NCBI GenBank assembly: GCA_965226795.1
Contig: CBDDDZ010000002.1
Span: forward strand, 621,897 to 685,896
Direction: 5' to 3'
DNA: 64,000 bases
Origin: Candidatus Latescibacterota bacterium
GTDB taxonomy: Bacteria; Latescibacterota; UBA2968; GCA-2709665
Shown here: positions 40,495-50,007 of the stretch, piece by piece
Layout of the letters: the number at the start of each line of letters is the position of its first letter
Numbering within the stretch: position 1 is the stretch's first letter
Translations under genes and position numbers: made by a program
Notes under the pieces: generated by a model
Told to the model about the DNA's origin: nothing
What the model saw: the letters and a program-made list of their open reading frames with translations, nothing else
The model's database searches: none

Positions 40495-41769
40495 ATGTTG
40501 AACGGAGGCGCAATCAGCCTGGACATCACGCCGTCGCTGGGAACGAAGATTCCGGGTCTGTTTCACGAGCGCAGGGCGGAGGCGGTCCACGATCCGCTGA
40601 ACGTGCGCAGTTTCGTGCTGGAACGCGACGGCTCGGGTATCGCGATTGTCGTATGTGACCTGATCGGCGTGGCGCGGGCATACCTGGACGCGGCGAAGGC
40701 GCGGATTGCTGAAACCACCCCGCTGGCGCCCGAACGGGTACTGATTTGCTGTACGCATACCCATACGGGCGCACAGACGGGAGAGGACGCTTATACGGAA
40801 TTCCTCGTGGATCGAATTGCGGATTCCGTGCGTCTGGCCTGGCGCGGGCGCGAACCGGTGGCGGCGGGCTGGGGGCGCGCGGAAGAGGGACGGCCGGTAT
40901 TCAACCGGCGTTTCCATATGGCCGACGGCACGGTGCGGACCAACCCGGGCCTGGGCAATCCGGACGTTGTAAGGGCCGCCGGCCCCGTGGATCCTGAGGT
41001 GGGGGTGCTCTGCTTCCGGAAACCGGATGGCGTTCCCCTGGGATTGTTGTGCAACTACGCGTTGCACTACGTGGGTGGGGGAGACCACGAGCGGGCGATT
41101 TCGGCGGACTATTTCGGGTACTTTACGCGTCTCATCCAGCGGATGCAAGGTCATCGGTTTACGGCGGCGCTTTCGAACGGCGCTTCGGGCGACATCAACA
41201 ATCACGACGTCATGGGTGGAAGCAGAGGCGCAAACGACCGATACCAGCATACGGAACGCGTCGCCGCGCTGGTGGCGGCCCAGGCCTTCTGGGCATGGAA
41301 TGAGATGGAATTCGCCGGCGATCTGACTCTGGGCGCCGAGATGGTCGAAGTGGCGCTGCAGCGGAAGGCCGGCCCTTCGCCGGCGGACGTCGCCCGGGCT
41401 CAGGAAATCGACAAAAAGGGACGAGGAACCATGGCGGAGCGGGCATTCGCCCGGCGGATTCTACGACGGATGGCGGAAGCGCCTGAGGAAGCGCGAACGT
41501 GGGTGCAGGCGTTACGGATCGGAGACCTGGCCCTGGTGGGCGTTCCGGGAGAACTGCTGGTGAGACTCGGGCTGGACATCAAGAAACGGTCTCCGTTCGG
41601 GCACACGATGGTGCTGGAACTGGCTAACGACAGCGTGGGATATCTGCCCGACGAACAGGCCTTTAATGAGGGCGGCTACGAACCCGAAGCGGCCCTGTTC
41701 ACGCCGGGTTCGGGCGAGCGGATCGTGGACGCGGCCGTTGGCCTGCTGGACCGGTTTTACCGATTTTAG
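40495..41769 (+). CDS. Neutral/alkaline ceramidase-like amidohydrolase
   Basis: DITP, HDPL, CTHTHTG, NYALHY, SADYFG, PGE, GGYE. Confidence 0.85.
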   Translation: MLNGGAISLDITPSLGTKIPGLFHERRAEAVHDPLNVRSFVLERDGSGIAIVVCDLIGVARAYLDAAKARIAETTPLAPERVLICCTHTHTGAQTGEDAYTEFLVDRIADSVRLAWRGREPVAAGWGRAEEGRPVFNRRFHMADGTVRTNPGLGNPDVVRAAGPVDPEVGVLCFRKPDGVPLGLLCNYALHYVGGGDHERAISADYFGYFTRLIQRMQGHRFTAALSNGASGDINNHDVMGGSRGANDRYQHTERVAALVAAQAFWAWNEMEFAGDLTLGAEMVEVALQRKAGPSPADVARAQEIDKKGRGTMAERAFARRILRRMAEAPEEARTWVQALRIGDLALVGVPGELLVRLGLDIKKRSPFGHTMVLELANDSVGYLPDEQAFNEGGYEPEAALFTPGSGERIVDAAVGLLDRFYRF

Positions 41770-41826
41770 TGTCCCGTCCCGGAAATATTTCACCATTCGG
41801 CAATCTATTTCCGGGACAGAACACCA
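41767..41826. mobile_element. ~60-nt MITE-like inverted repeat, copy 1
   Basis: tagtgtcccgtcccggaaata...tatttccgggacagaacacca; reverse orientation relative to copy 2. Confidence 0.75.
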
Positions 41827-41897
41827 GGCGCCGGCACGGATCGGTCTGGGCGTGGAAAGCGGGCCGACGTCCGGCTTGAAATAAACGAGGAGGAAAT

Positions 41898-42941
41898 ATG
41901 TCCGAAAAGGTACGTATCGGGATAATCGGCGCAGGCGGCATTTTCCGCAGCCGGCATTTCCCGGGGTTGGCGAAAATCGGGGATGCGGAGGTGGTTGCCA
42001 TCTGTAACCGGAGCGAGGCGAGCGCGGGGGCGATCGCCCGTGAGTTCGGCCTTTCGCCGAGACTGATGACGGATCCCTACGCGTTGATCGCGAGCGATGA
42101 CGTGGACGCGGTGATGATCGGTACCTGGCCGTACCGGCACTGCGAATACGTGCTGGCGTCCCTTGGCTCGGGAAAGCATGTATTCGTACAGGCGCGGATG
42201 GCGATGAATCTGCGCGAGGCAAAGGCCATGTACGCCAGGGCGAAGGAGACGGGTCTGGTCGCGCAGATCTGTCCGTCGCCCATGGCGATGAAGGGCGACT
42301 GGTTCATCCAGCGGCTGATCCGCGAGGGATACCTGGGCGACGTCTACCACGTCTATACCCGGTCGTTCAGCGGCGACAACTGCGACCCGGATCAACCGCT
42401 GCACTGGCGGCAGGTCGACCGGTATTCCGGATTGAACGCGCTGAACATGGGCATCCTGGTGGAAATCGTGCAACGATGGGCCGGCCAGATGAGGACGTTA
42501 TCGGCGCAGTCGGAGACGTTTATCAGGGCCCGGCCGCTTGCCGGCGGCCAGGGAATGGGGCCGGTGGAGCGCCCCGATGCCGTGCATATAATGGGTCAGA
42601 TGGAGAACGGCGCGCAGGCCGTGTTTCTGTTTTCCTCGGTGGCGCGGTTTGGCGTGGATCCCCAGGTGGAGATTTACGGCAGCAATGGGACGTTGATCTA
42701 CAAGCTGGACAGCGATACCATTCTGGGCGGGCAGGCAGGAGACGACGGGCTGTCGGAGATTCCCATTCCGGATGTCGAAGCCCGCGAGTGGACCGTGGAG
42801 CAGGATTTTGTGAGTGCGATTCAGGGCGGGCCTCCGGGGGACACAACCTTTGACGCGGGCTTGAAGTATATGGCGTTTACCGAGGCGGTGTTCAGATCCG
42901 TGGAACGGAGCGGCGTGGTGCATCTGCCCCTGGTGGATTGA
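41898..42941 (+). CDS. Gfo/Idh/MocA oxidoreductase
   Basis: RIGIIGAGGI, DVDAVMIGTWP, GKHVFVQARMA. Confidence 0.92.
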   Translation: MSEKVRIGIIGAGGIFRSRHFPGLAKIGDAEVVAICNRSEASAGAIAREFGLSPRLMTDPYALIASDDVDAVMIGTWPYRHCEYVLASLGSGKHVFVQARMAMNLREAKAMYARAKETGLVAQICPSPMAMKGDWFIQRLIREGYLGDVYHVYTRSFSGDNCDPDQPLHWRQVDRYSGLNALNMGILVEIVQRWAGQMRTLSAQSETFIRARPLAGGQGMGPVERPDAVHIMGQMENGAQAVFLFSSVARFGVDPQVEIYGSNGTLIYKLDSDTILGGQAGDDGLSEIPIPDVEAREWTVEQDFVSAIQGGPPGDTTFDAGLKYMAFTEAVFRSVERSGVVHLPLVD

Positions 42942-43097
42942 TCGCACGGCCCCGGCGGGAGACCGAACCGCCGCCGCCTCATTTCGGTCCGATCTCGTTC
43001 AGTTTTCCGCGCCGTTGGGGCGGCGACGCTCACCCGTCAACCGGAAATCCGTACTGGCCGGCGGTTAAGCGTTCCGCCGGCCGTTGACCTGGAGGCT

Positions 43098-44141
43098 TTG
43101 GAGCAATCCGAAAGGATGGGTGTCGTGGCAGCGGAATACCAAATCGCGGTCGTGGGTACGGGGTATATCGGCCTGGAGCATATCAAGGCGATTGCGGGGC
43201 ATCCGCAGGCGGCGTTGCATGCGATCTGCGGATCGGAGCGCAACATGGGTCGATTGCAGGAGATGAAGGCGGAATACGAGGCCGAAAGGGTGACGACGGA
43301 CTACGGCGAGATTGTTTCGGACGAAGCGGTCGACGTGGTCTATCTGTGCACGCCCAACCGGCTGCATGCCGATGAGGCCGTGGCGGCGCTGGAGGCCGGC
43401 AAGCACGTGTTCTGCGAAAAACCGATGGCGACCACGTTGCAGGATTGCCGGCGCATGGTCGCCGCGGTAACGCGGTCCGGCCGGCAGTTGATGGTGGGGC
43501 ATGGGGCGCGTTTCAGACAGTTGCACCGGGCGGTGAAGGATCTGTTTGATTCCGGTAAGCTGGGAGAGGCCTGTTTCTGCGAGTCGGATTACGTCCATTC
43601 GCTGGGGCCGTTCCTGCGGGGTCCGGGACACCAGTGGTGGCGGCACCGGGGCGAAGGACAATTCGCGGTGATTGGCGGGGCGTGCCATCCGCTGGACCTG
43701 ATGCGCTGGATCGTGGGTGAACTGGAGGAGGTATCGGCCTATGGCGTCACGAAGGTCCTGCACGACGTGAATTGGCACGATACGGTAATCGCGTCGTTGA
43801 AGTTCAGGAACGGCGCGGTTGGAAAGTGCCTGGTGTCCGTGGGAGCGCCCCGTCCGTATTCGATGACGTTCAATCTGTACGGAACCGAAGGCACGGTGGA
43901 GGAGAACCGGCTCTATCTGAAGGAATTCGGAGAAATAGAGGCATTCGCGGATATCCCGTTTCCGGTGTTGGGCGAGGTGCACGCCTGCGCCGAGGAACTG
44001 GCGCATTTCCTGCACTGCCTGGATACGGGTGAAACGCCGATGATCGACGTGAGGGACGGGGCCCGGACGATGGCGGCGTGTTTCGCGGTGGCGGAATCGA
44101 TAGAAACCGGCCGGCCCGAGAAGGTGGTGACGGAATTCTGA
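43098..44141 (+). CDS. Gfo/Idh/MocA oxidoreductase
   Basis: VVGTGYIG, TPNRLH, GKHVFCEKPMA. Confidence 0.93.
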   Translation: MEQSERMGVVAAEYQIAVVGTGYIGLEHIKAIAGHPQAALHAICGSERNMGRLQEMKAEYEAERVTTDYGEIVSDEAVDVVYLCTPNRLHADEAVAALEAGKHVFCEKPMATTLQDCRRMVAAVTRSGRQLMVGHGARFRQLHRAVKDLFDSGKLGEACFCESDYVHSLGPFLRGPGHQWWRHRGEGQFAVIGGACHPLDLMRWIVGELEEVSAYGVTKVLHDVNWHDTVIASLKFRNGAVGKCLVSVGAPRPYSMTFNLYGTEGTVEENRLYLKEFGEIEAFADIPFPVLGEVHACAEELAHFLHCLDTGETPMIDVRDGARTMAACFAVAESIETGRPEKVVTEF

Positions 44142-44176
44142 ATCGGGTTTCGGCTTGTCGCGGAGAGGGATGCAAG

Positions 44177-45040
44177 ATGGGTGCCGTGCGGCTGGTGGCG
44201 TTTGATCTGGATGGGACGCTGCTCGACGACAGGGGCCGGATTTCAGGCGCGTCCGTCGATACGCTGCGGCGTCTGTCAAGAGCGGGCATTCCTCTGGCTT
44301 CGATCAGTGGACGAAACGTGGGGAAAAGCCTGACGCCGTTTTCGCCCGATCTGAGAGCGGCGCTGAACGTAGGGAGCTACAATGGAGCGATGGTGCTGGG
44401 AAATGGCGTCGATAACCAGCGACCGTTGTTGCACGAACAGCGATTGCCGCGGGATGGACTTCCCGATCTGTTGCGTTTTATCGGCGATTGTCGGTTGAAT
44501 TTCATCTACTGCCGGTGCGAGACTGACAGTCACGGCCTGAATGAAACCTATCTGACCGACGAGGTGACCGAGCCGGTTCGAAATCTGGTTCGTATGACGG
44601 ACGTGGATATCCTGCTTGATGAGGACCTGTTCGACAGGATACAGCGGCGGGAACTCGGTCCGCCGCCGAAGATGATCGTACTGCCGGGGCCGGCGCGACG
44701 GGAGGAGGTGTTCGACGGGATGCACGCGGCGTTCGGGCCACGGTTCTATCTGGCGCGCACGGGAGACGACCGGATCGAAATTATGCATCCGGAAGTGAAC
44801 AAGGCGGTGGCACTGCGGAAGCTCTGCGAGGCGTGCGGTGTTTCCCCTTCGCAGGCGCTGGCGGTCGGAGACGGGGACAACGATCTTCCGATGCTCAGAG
44901 CGGCGGGCATTGGCGTTTTAATGGGAAACGCAGATAGCCTGACCAGGGATTCAGCCGCCGAGGCCGGCGTGCAGATGGCCGAGTCGCTGGAGGACGACGG
45001 GTTTTCAAAAACCGTGGCGAGGTACGTGCTGGACGGTTAG
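44177..45040 (+). CDS. Cof-type HAD-IIB hydrolase
   Basis: FDLDGTLL, SGR, VNK, VGDGDNDLPML. Confidence 0.92.
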   Translation: MGAVRLVAFDLDGTLLDDRGRISGASVDTLRRLSRAGIPLASISGRNVGKSLTPFSPDLRAALNVGSYNGAMVLGNGVDNQRPLLHEQRLPRDGLPDLLRFIGDCRLNFIYCRCETDSHGLNETYLTDEVTEPVRNLVRMTDVDILLDEDLFDRIQRRELGPPPKMIVLPGPARREEVFDGMHAAFGPRFYLARTGDDRIEIMHPEVNKAVALRKLCEACGVSPSQALAVGDGDNDLPMLRAAGIGVLMGNADSLTRDSAAEAGVQMAESLEDDGFSKTVARYVLDG

Positions 45041-45044
45041 TGTT

Positions 45045-45812
45045 TCACTCCGATCGGTTATCGGAATCTTCCTCGATCCGCGCCTGCAGGTCCACGCTGC
45101 TGGACAGAATGTGGTCTTCCATGGCCTGCTGCGCGGCTTCGGCATCGCCATCCCGGAGGGCGCGCAGGATTTTCCCGTGTTCGTCCAGCGACATCCGGGC
45201 GCGCGCTTCCACCGTGTGGGTTGCGGGTTCCTCCAGGCTGGCTCCGATCCACTGCTGAAGGTAGTTGCGGATCATTGCAAGAAGGTTGCAGAGGATCGAA
45301 TTCTGTGTGGCCCGCGCAACGGCCATGTGGAATCGGACGTCGAATTCCAGGAATTCCGCGGGCTGGTCGAGGGATGCTTCGATTCCGAGGATTGTCCGTT
45401 CGAGTTCCAGGAAGTCATCTTCCGTTGCGCGCCTCGCAGCCAGAAATGCGTTCCGGGTTTCCAGCATGAGCCGGGTCTCGACGAGGTCCTTGACTTCCTT
45501 GGGGTCCAGCAGCAGACCCCATCGGAGGGAATTTTCCAGGTATCGGCCGGTGTTGTCGCTAACGAACGTGCCCTCGCCGACACGGCCTTCCAGGATGCCC
45601 ATTACGGAGAGGGAGCGCAGCGCTTCCCTCAGGGAGGTCCGGCCGACGTGGAACTGTTTGCACAGGCTTCTTTCCGGCGGCAGCCGATCGCCCGGTTTCA
45701 GCACGTCCCGGGAGATCAGGTCGATGATCTGGGCGACAATTTCGTCGCACAGGGAGGTGCGCCTGACGGGCGTCATCTGCTCAACGGCCGGGGCTTTCCG
45801 TTGTTGGTTCAC
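45045..45812 (-). CDS. FadR/GntR family transcriptional regulator (PdhR/LldR-like)
   Basis: LKPGDRLPPER.L...VGRTSLREALRSL..GEGTFV winged HTH; FCD domain DVRFH..ATQN. Confidence 0.95.
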   Translation of the reverse strand: MNQQRKAPAVEQMTPVRRTSLCDEIVAQIIDLISRDVLKPGDRLPPERSLCKQFHVGRTSLREALRSLSVMGILEGRVGEGTFVSDNTGRYLENSLRWGLLLDPKEVKDLVETRLMLETRNAFLAARRATEDDFLELERTILGIEASLDQPAEFLEFDVRFHMAVARATQNSILCNLLAMIRNYLQQWIGASLEEPATHTVEARARMSLDEHGKILRALRDGDAEAAQQAMEDHILSSSVDLQARIEEDSDNRSE

Positions 45813-45902
45813 GTGATCTTCCCTCTATTAATCAGGATTTTACTTATTTGATTCAGAAACCGAAACCTACATGGATGGATGGAGTATACCAAGATCGAAC
45901 CT

Positions 45903-46747
45903 CAAATTCAACATCCACTTCTCCCCAGATTCCCTGCCTACGGCGTGTTCCTTTTGAAGCGACCAAAAGGAACCAAAAGTCGCCGCTGGGCGCTGGGCCT
46001 GCCATATGCACAGCGCGAATCCCGTCACAGGATGCACAAAATCCTCTGTCCTGCCACCGGCGGAAGCAAATCGATCCGCGTTGCTGGACGGATCAGCGCG
46101 CTCTGCTCTGGTTGCCCTCCGGTCAGGACATTCCTTCGTAGACCAATCGGCATTTGAATGATGAGGACAGCCGTTAGCTATCGGCTATTAGAATTCAGCT
46201 TAAACCGGACAACGATACGGCGTATTGATGCGAATCAGCGATATATGCGCCGTTATGCGGGCGACTCTGAGAGTCGCCCCTACAAATTCGACGTCGGCGC
46301 GGACCTCTCCCCACGGCCTCCTCTGCTGAAGGAATGGGGGAGAAATCAGGACGCTCGCCAGACAGCAGGGAGCGGCAGAACCAGGCGTTCACTGTTGTCC
46401 GGAAAAACCGCCGGTACAACAGATCGCCCGCCGTGCGGGCAGACGTGGATTCCGCGGCTTATCGAGAAACGTTACTTTCGTACCGAACCTCGTAGGATCC
46501 AATCAAGCGTGCGGTTGTTGGGTTGGGGGTTTTTCCGTGCTAATCCGTACAGCAACATAGTTCGGGATGGCCTGCTCTGGCGACACGGTACCCAATTTCC
46601 ATTTGCGCCACTGAGGCGGTTCACGGAAAAACCGGCCCTGCGCCGAGCGGCCTGCCTGCGCCGAGCCGTGCTCGGCAGGCAGGCGCGGTTCTTTTTGGTC
46701 CTTTTTCTTACGCGAATAAGAAAAAGGACGAAGGAAAAATAGAGGAT
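45903..46747 (-). mobile_element. Structured non-coding inverted-doublet element, locus B (right module ~45903-46112, left module ~46505-46747)
   Basis: Reverse-complement homologue of 25362-25917 with compensatory changes; longer spacer contains a GTAG-type REP at 46259-46283. Confidence 0.8.
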
Positions 46748-46904
46748 GATGGAAAAACAAAGGCCAGTGTCACCCCGGAAACCAGTTCTAAAATGCAGTA
46801 AGAGGTGAGTAGAGGGTCGACGTCAGAGCAGGACACCGCAGCCATACCCGATGAATCGGTGGCCCAATGGCGTGAAATTTCGGGGACAGCACCGAAATTT
46901 TCGC

Positions 46905-46957
46905 TTTACAAAGATCTGTTTTTGGGTTAATCTTATAGTCCAGAATTGGTCTGACCA
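46905..46957 (+). promoter_or_regulatory. Putative promoter of the corrinoid cluster with a FadR-family operator
   Basis: TTTACA-N17-TAATCT at 46905-46933, then AATTGGTCTGACCA at 46944-46957 (TGGTCnGACCA palindrome typical of LldR/PdhR boxes). Confidence 0.7.
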
Positions 46958-47026
46958 TCATCACAATAGCAAAAGAACAGACCGGGTTCCCTGCTGTCAA
47001 GGGAAAATTTTCCGGAGGATGGCGCG

Positions 47027-47656
47027 ATGGGCCGAACACTCGATATCGGAACGCGCATCGAACTGGTGCCGATGGATCCGCATTTTCATGAAATCACGAT
47101 CGGGCTGTACCGGCAGAAGCGCGACGGGGGTCCCGTGTATCGCGTGCACACGTATAGCGGAAGAACCGGGCCAGACGAGCGAATCGCGTTTGTCGCGGAC
47201 GCGATGACGGTGCTGGGCGGCATGGAGCGAGCACCCGACGGGCTGCTGCGCTTTCCGTGCGGAGAGCCGCACGAACTGGCCTGCCGGCGGGTTTTTCTGG
47301 AGGCGTGCAAGCTGGCATCCGGCAGCGAGGTCGACGCTCGCCCGCTGACGATCCTCGACAGGAAGTCAGGGTTGAATATAACGTTGTCCCGTCTGGGGGA
47401 GGGCGCATACCGGGTCGGCGCCGAAGGGGAGGGGAAAGACGGCGCGCGGAGGATCCAGGTGGTTGCCGGCGGGCTGGTCAAGCTTGGAGAAATGCAATCC
47501 CGAGGCCCGGATACGGTCGCGTTCTCGTGCGGATACGCCCACGACGCGGCGGTGGGACTGCTACTGGTTCGCGCCCCCAACGTCCGGGCGGCGGTCCGCG
47601 AGCAGGAAATGACGGGGTCCCGCGGCGTGCTGACCGCACCCAGCCAGCAAAGGTAG
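47027..47656 (+). CDS. Hypothetical protein with two F-x-C-G-x-x-H motifs
   Basis: GGAGG RBS; FPCGEPH and FSCGYAH; first gene of the cluster. Confidence 0.75.
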   Translation: MGRTLDIGTRIELVPMDPHFHEITIGLYRQKRDGGPVYRVHTYSGRTGPDERIAFVADAMTVLGGMERAPDGLLRFPCGEPHELACRRVFLEACKLASGSEVDARPLTILDRKSGLNITLSRLGEGAYRVGAEGEGKDGARRIQVVAGGLVKLGEMQSRGPDTVAFSCGYAHDAAVGLLLVRAPNVRAAVREQEMTGSRGVLTAPSQQR

Positions 47657-47714
47657 TGTTCTGTCCCGGAAATAGGTTGCCTGAATGGTGAGATGTTTTC
47701 GGGACAGAACACCG
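47654..47714. mobile_element. ~60-nt MITE-like inverted repeat, copy 2
   Basis: tagtgttctgtcccggaaataggttgcctgaat...ttttcgggacagaacacc. Confidence 0.75.
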
Positions 47715-47763
47715 GGGCCCTGCAACGCCGCGTAACTGACGTTTCATACGGGAGACCAGAAAT

Positions 47764-48810
47764 ATGGGGACTCAAACAGTGGGTCCGATGACCTGCCGCG
47801 AACGTGTTCTGGCGGCGCTGAACAGAGAGCCGGTAGACCGGACGCCGGTGTGCAATCCAACGTCCGTGGCAACAGTGGAACTGATGGATCTCGTGGACGC
47901 GCCTTTTCCGGACGCGAACAGGAACCCGGAACTGATGGCGCGGCTGGCCGCGACGGGGCATACCGAATTGGGGTTCGATACGATCATGCCGGTGTTCTCG
48001 ATTATCCAGGAGTCGTCGGCACTGGGCTGCAAAATTCAGTGGGAGCAGAAAGACAACTGGCCCACCGTGAAGATGCGTGAGCCCATCTGGGAAGACGTGG
48101 ACGACATCCGGATTCCGGCCGACCTTCTCACGCACAAGGATACGAATTGCGTGCTGGATGCGATCCGGATTCTGAAAAAGGAATTCGGGGATGACGTGGC
48201 CATCATCGGGAAGACGATGGGCCCCTGGTCGCTGGGATATCACTGCTTCGGCGTGGAACCCTTTCTGCTGATGTCGCTGGACGACCCGGACAAGACGAAG
48301 GCATGCCTGGACAGGATGAAGGAAGTCACGGTGGATTTCGGGGTGGCGCAGATCGAGGCAGGCGCGGATGCGCTCACGCTGCCCGATCACGCGACGGGCG
48401 ACCTGGTGAGCGGGGAGTATTACAAGCGGTATCTGCGGGATCTGCACATCGAATTCGTGGAGCGGATTCCGATTCCGCTGATTCTGCACATCTGCGGGCG
48501 GACGGTGGATCGGATGGAGTATATCGCGCAGACGGGGATGTCCGCGTTCCATTACGACTCGAAAAACGAGCCGGGAGAATCCATGGCGGTGGTGAAGGAG
48601 CGGATCTCGCTGGTGGGCAACATCAACAATCCTGAAACGCTGTTTTCAAAAGGGCCCGAAGCGGTCCGCCGGGAGGTCTTCAGGAACCTGGACGCCGGTG
48701 TGCATCTCGTCGGACCTGAGTGCGCGATACCGCTACAGACGTCAATCGAGAATCTGAAGGAAATTCCCGGGGCGGTCCGGGACTGGCACCGGGAACAAGC
48801 GCCGAACTAG
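47764..48810 (+). CDS. MtaA/CmuA-family methyltransferase (URO-D fold, Zn-binding)
   Basis: RERVLAAL..VDRTPV, GPWSL, QIEAGAD, LHICG (HxC) and GPECAIP (third Zn ligand). Confidence 0.9.
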   Translation: MGTQTVGPMTCRERVLAALNREPVDRTPVCNPTSVATVELMDLVDAPFPDANRNPELMARLAATGHTELGFDTIMPVFSIIQESSALGCKIQWEQKDNWPTVKMREPIWEDVDDIRIPADLLTHKDTNCVLDAIRILKKEFGDDVAIIGKTMGPWSLGYHCFGVEPFLLMSLDDPDKTKACLDRMKEVTVDFGVAQIEAGADALTLPDHATGDLVSGEYYKRYLRDLHIEFVERIPIPLILHICGRTVDRMEYIAQTGMSAFHYDSKNEPGESMAVVKERISLVGNINNPETLFSKGPEAVRREVFRNLDAGVHLVGPECAIPLQTSIENLKEIPGAVRDWHREQAPN

Positions 48811-48897
48811 CCGATCGGAACGGAGCAGGTATCAAGGAATTCCAGTATCGCCCACTTGCGCTGGCGGCGTGGGCGGGTCGAAAGGGTCAGGAACGCT

Positions 48898-49668
48898 ATG
48901 GCGGAAATCAACGATATCGAAAACGAATTCATTCGTGACGAGATCGAGGAGTTTCTGGAGCGGGAAGACGAGCGGGAGCGGGCGATTAACACCTTTGCCG
49001 GTGTCAGTCGGGAAATGCAGGTGATTGCCGCGGCCTTGATCGACGGCGCCCATCACGAGGTGGACGCATTGACCAAGGCCGCCCTGGATGCAGGCACCGA
49101 GGCGCTGGAGGTGATGGACGACGGGTTGATCGCGGGAATGGGCATCGTGGGGATCAAGTTTCGCGAAAATTTCATCTTCGTTCCGGAAGTGCTGGCCTGC
49201 GCCCGGGCGATGAAGGCCGGCATGGCGTATATCGAACCCATTCTCTCCGCGTCGGGCATCAAGCCTATCGGTACGGTGATTATGGGCACGGTAAAGGGCG
49301 ATCTGCACGATATTGGAAAAAACCTCTGCATTATGATGCTTCGCGGTACCGGGTTTGTCGTTCACGATCTGGGGGTGGACACGTCGGACGACGAATTCAT
49401 GGATGCCGTGGAGGAACACGGCGCGCCGCTGCTGGGGATGTCGGCGTTGCTGACGACAACCATGCCCAATATGGGCAAAACGATCGAGGCATTCATCGAT
49501 GCCGACTTGCGGGAAGACGTGAAAATTATGGTGGGGGGCGCGCCCGTCACCCAGGAATTCGCCGATGATATGGGCGCCGACGGGTACGGCAAGGATGCGA
49601 TGGCGTGCGTGGATCTGGCCAAACAACTGCTGGAAGAGATGAAGGAAGAGACCAACCTTAACGCGTGA
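48898..49668 (+). CDS. Corrinoid (B12-binding) methyl-carrier protein
   Basis: Cap domain GLIAGM..FVPEVL; GTVKGDLHDIGKN (DxHxxG), SALLTTTM, VGGAP. Confidence 0.95.
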   Translation: MAEINDIENEFIRDEIEEFLEREDERERAINTFAGVSREMQVIAAALIDGAHHEVDALTKAALDAGTEALEVMDDGLIAGMGIVGIKFRENFIFVPEVLACARAMKAGMAYIEPILSASGIKPIGTVIMGTVKGDLHDIGKNLCIMMLRGTGFVVHDLGVDTSDDEFMDAVEEHGAPLLGMSALLTTTMPNMGKTIEAFIDADLREDVKIMVGGAPVTQEFADDMGADGYGKDAMACVDLAKQLLEEMKEETNLNA

Positions 49669-49952
49669 GCCCGACCGTGCAAAAGATCGACAGAGACGAC
49701 TACCAGAAACGGCTGGATAGGATCACGGAGCTGTTTGCCGGCATGGTCGCCCATGCCGATGAGCTGTCCACCGTGCGCTGCCCGTACAAGAACCGTTTCG
49801 ACGAGTGTACGGCCAGGTTCGGCTGCAGAAATCAGCGTAAGCCCCGTCCGGGCGGAACGCTGCTGATGTGCGGTGGGGACGACAAGCTGGACTATCGCGG
49901 CGCGTGGGAGACGGAGGCGAAACACGGCGCGTTCTTCGGGAGCGAGGACTAG
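49665..49952 (+). CDS. Small Cys-rich hypothetical protein
   Basis: GTGA overlap with the upstream stop; RCPYK..ECTARFGCRNQ..MCGGD. Confidence 0.7.
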   Translation: MSPTVQKIDRDDYQKRLDRITELFAGMVAHADELSTVRCPYKNRFDECTARFGCRNQRKPRPGGTLLMCGGDDKLDYRGAWETEAKHGAFFGSED

Positions 49953-49998
49953 TGTCCTGTCCCGGAAATAGGTTGCCTGAATTCGGGACAGAACACTG
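49950..49998. mobile_element. ~50-nt MITE-like inverted repeat, copy 3 (internally shortened)
   Basis: tagtgtcctgtcccggaaataggttgcctgaattcgggacagaacactg. Confidence 0.75.
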
Positions 49999-50007
49999 GA
50001 ACGGCGC

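Noticed and set aside
46750..47026. Cobalamin or SAM riboswitch upstream of the corrinoid cluster
   Set aside because: No B12-box or S-box core motifs are recognisable; a protein operator explains the region better.
47027..49952. Pyrrolysine readthrough of the TAG stops in the methyltransferase cluster
   Set aside because: The proteins appear complete at their TAGs, two TAGs belong to MITE ends, and there is no MttB/MtmB/MtbB homologue or pyl gene in the window.
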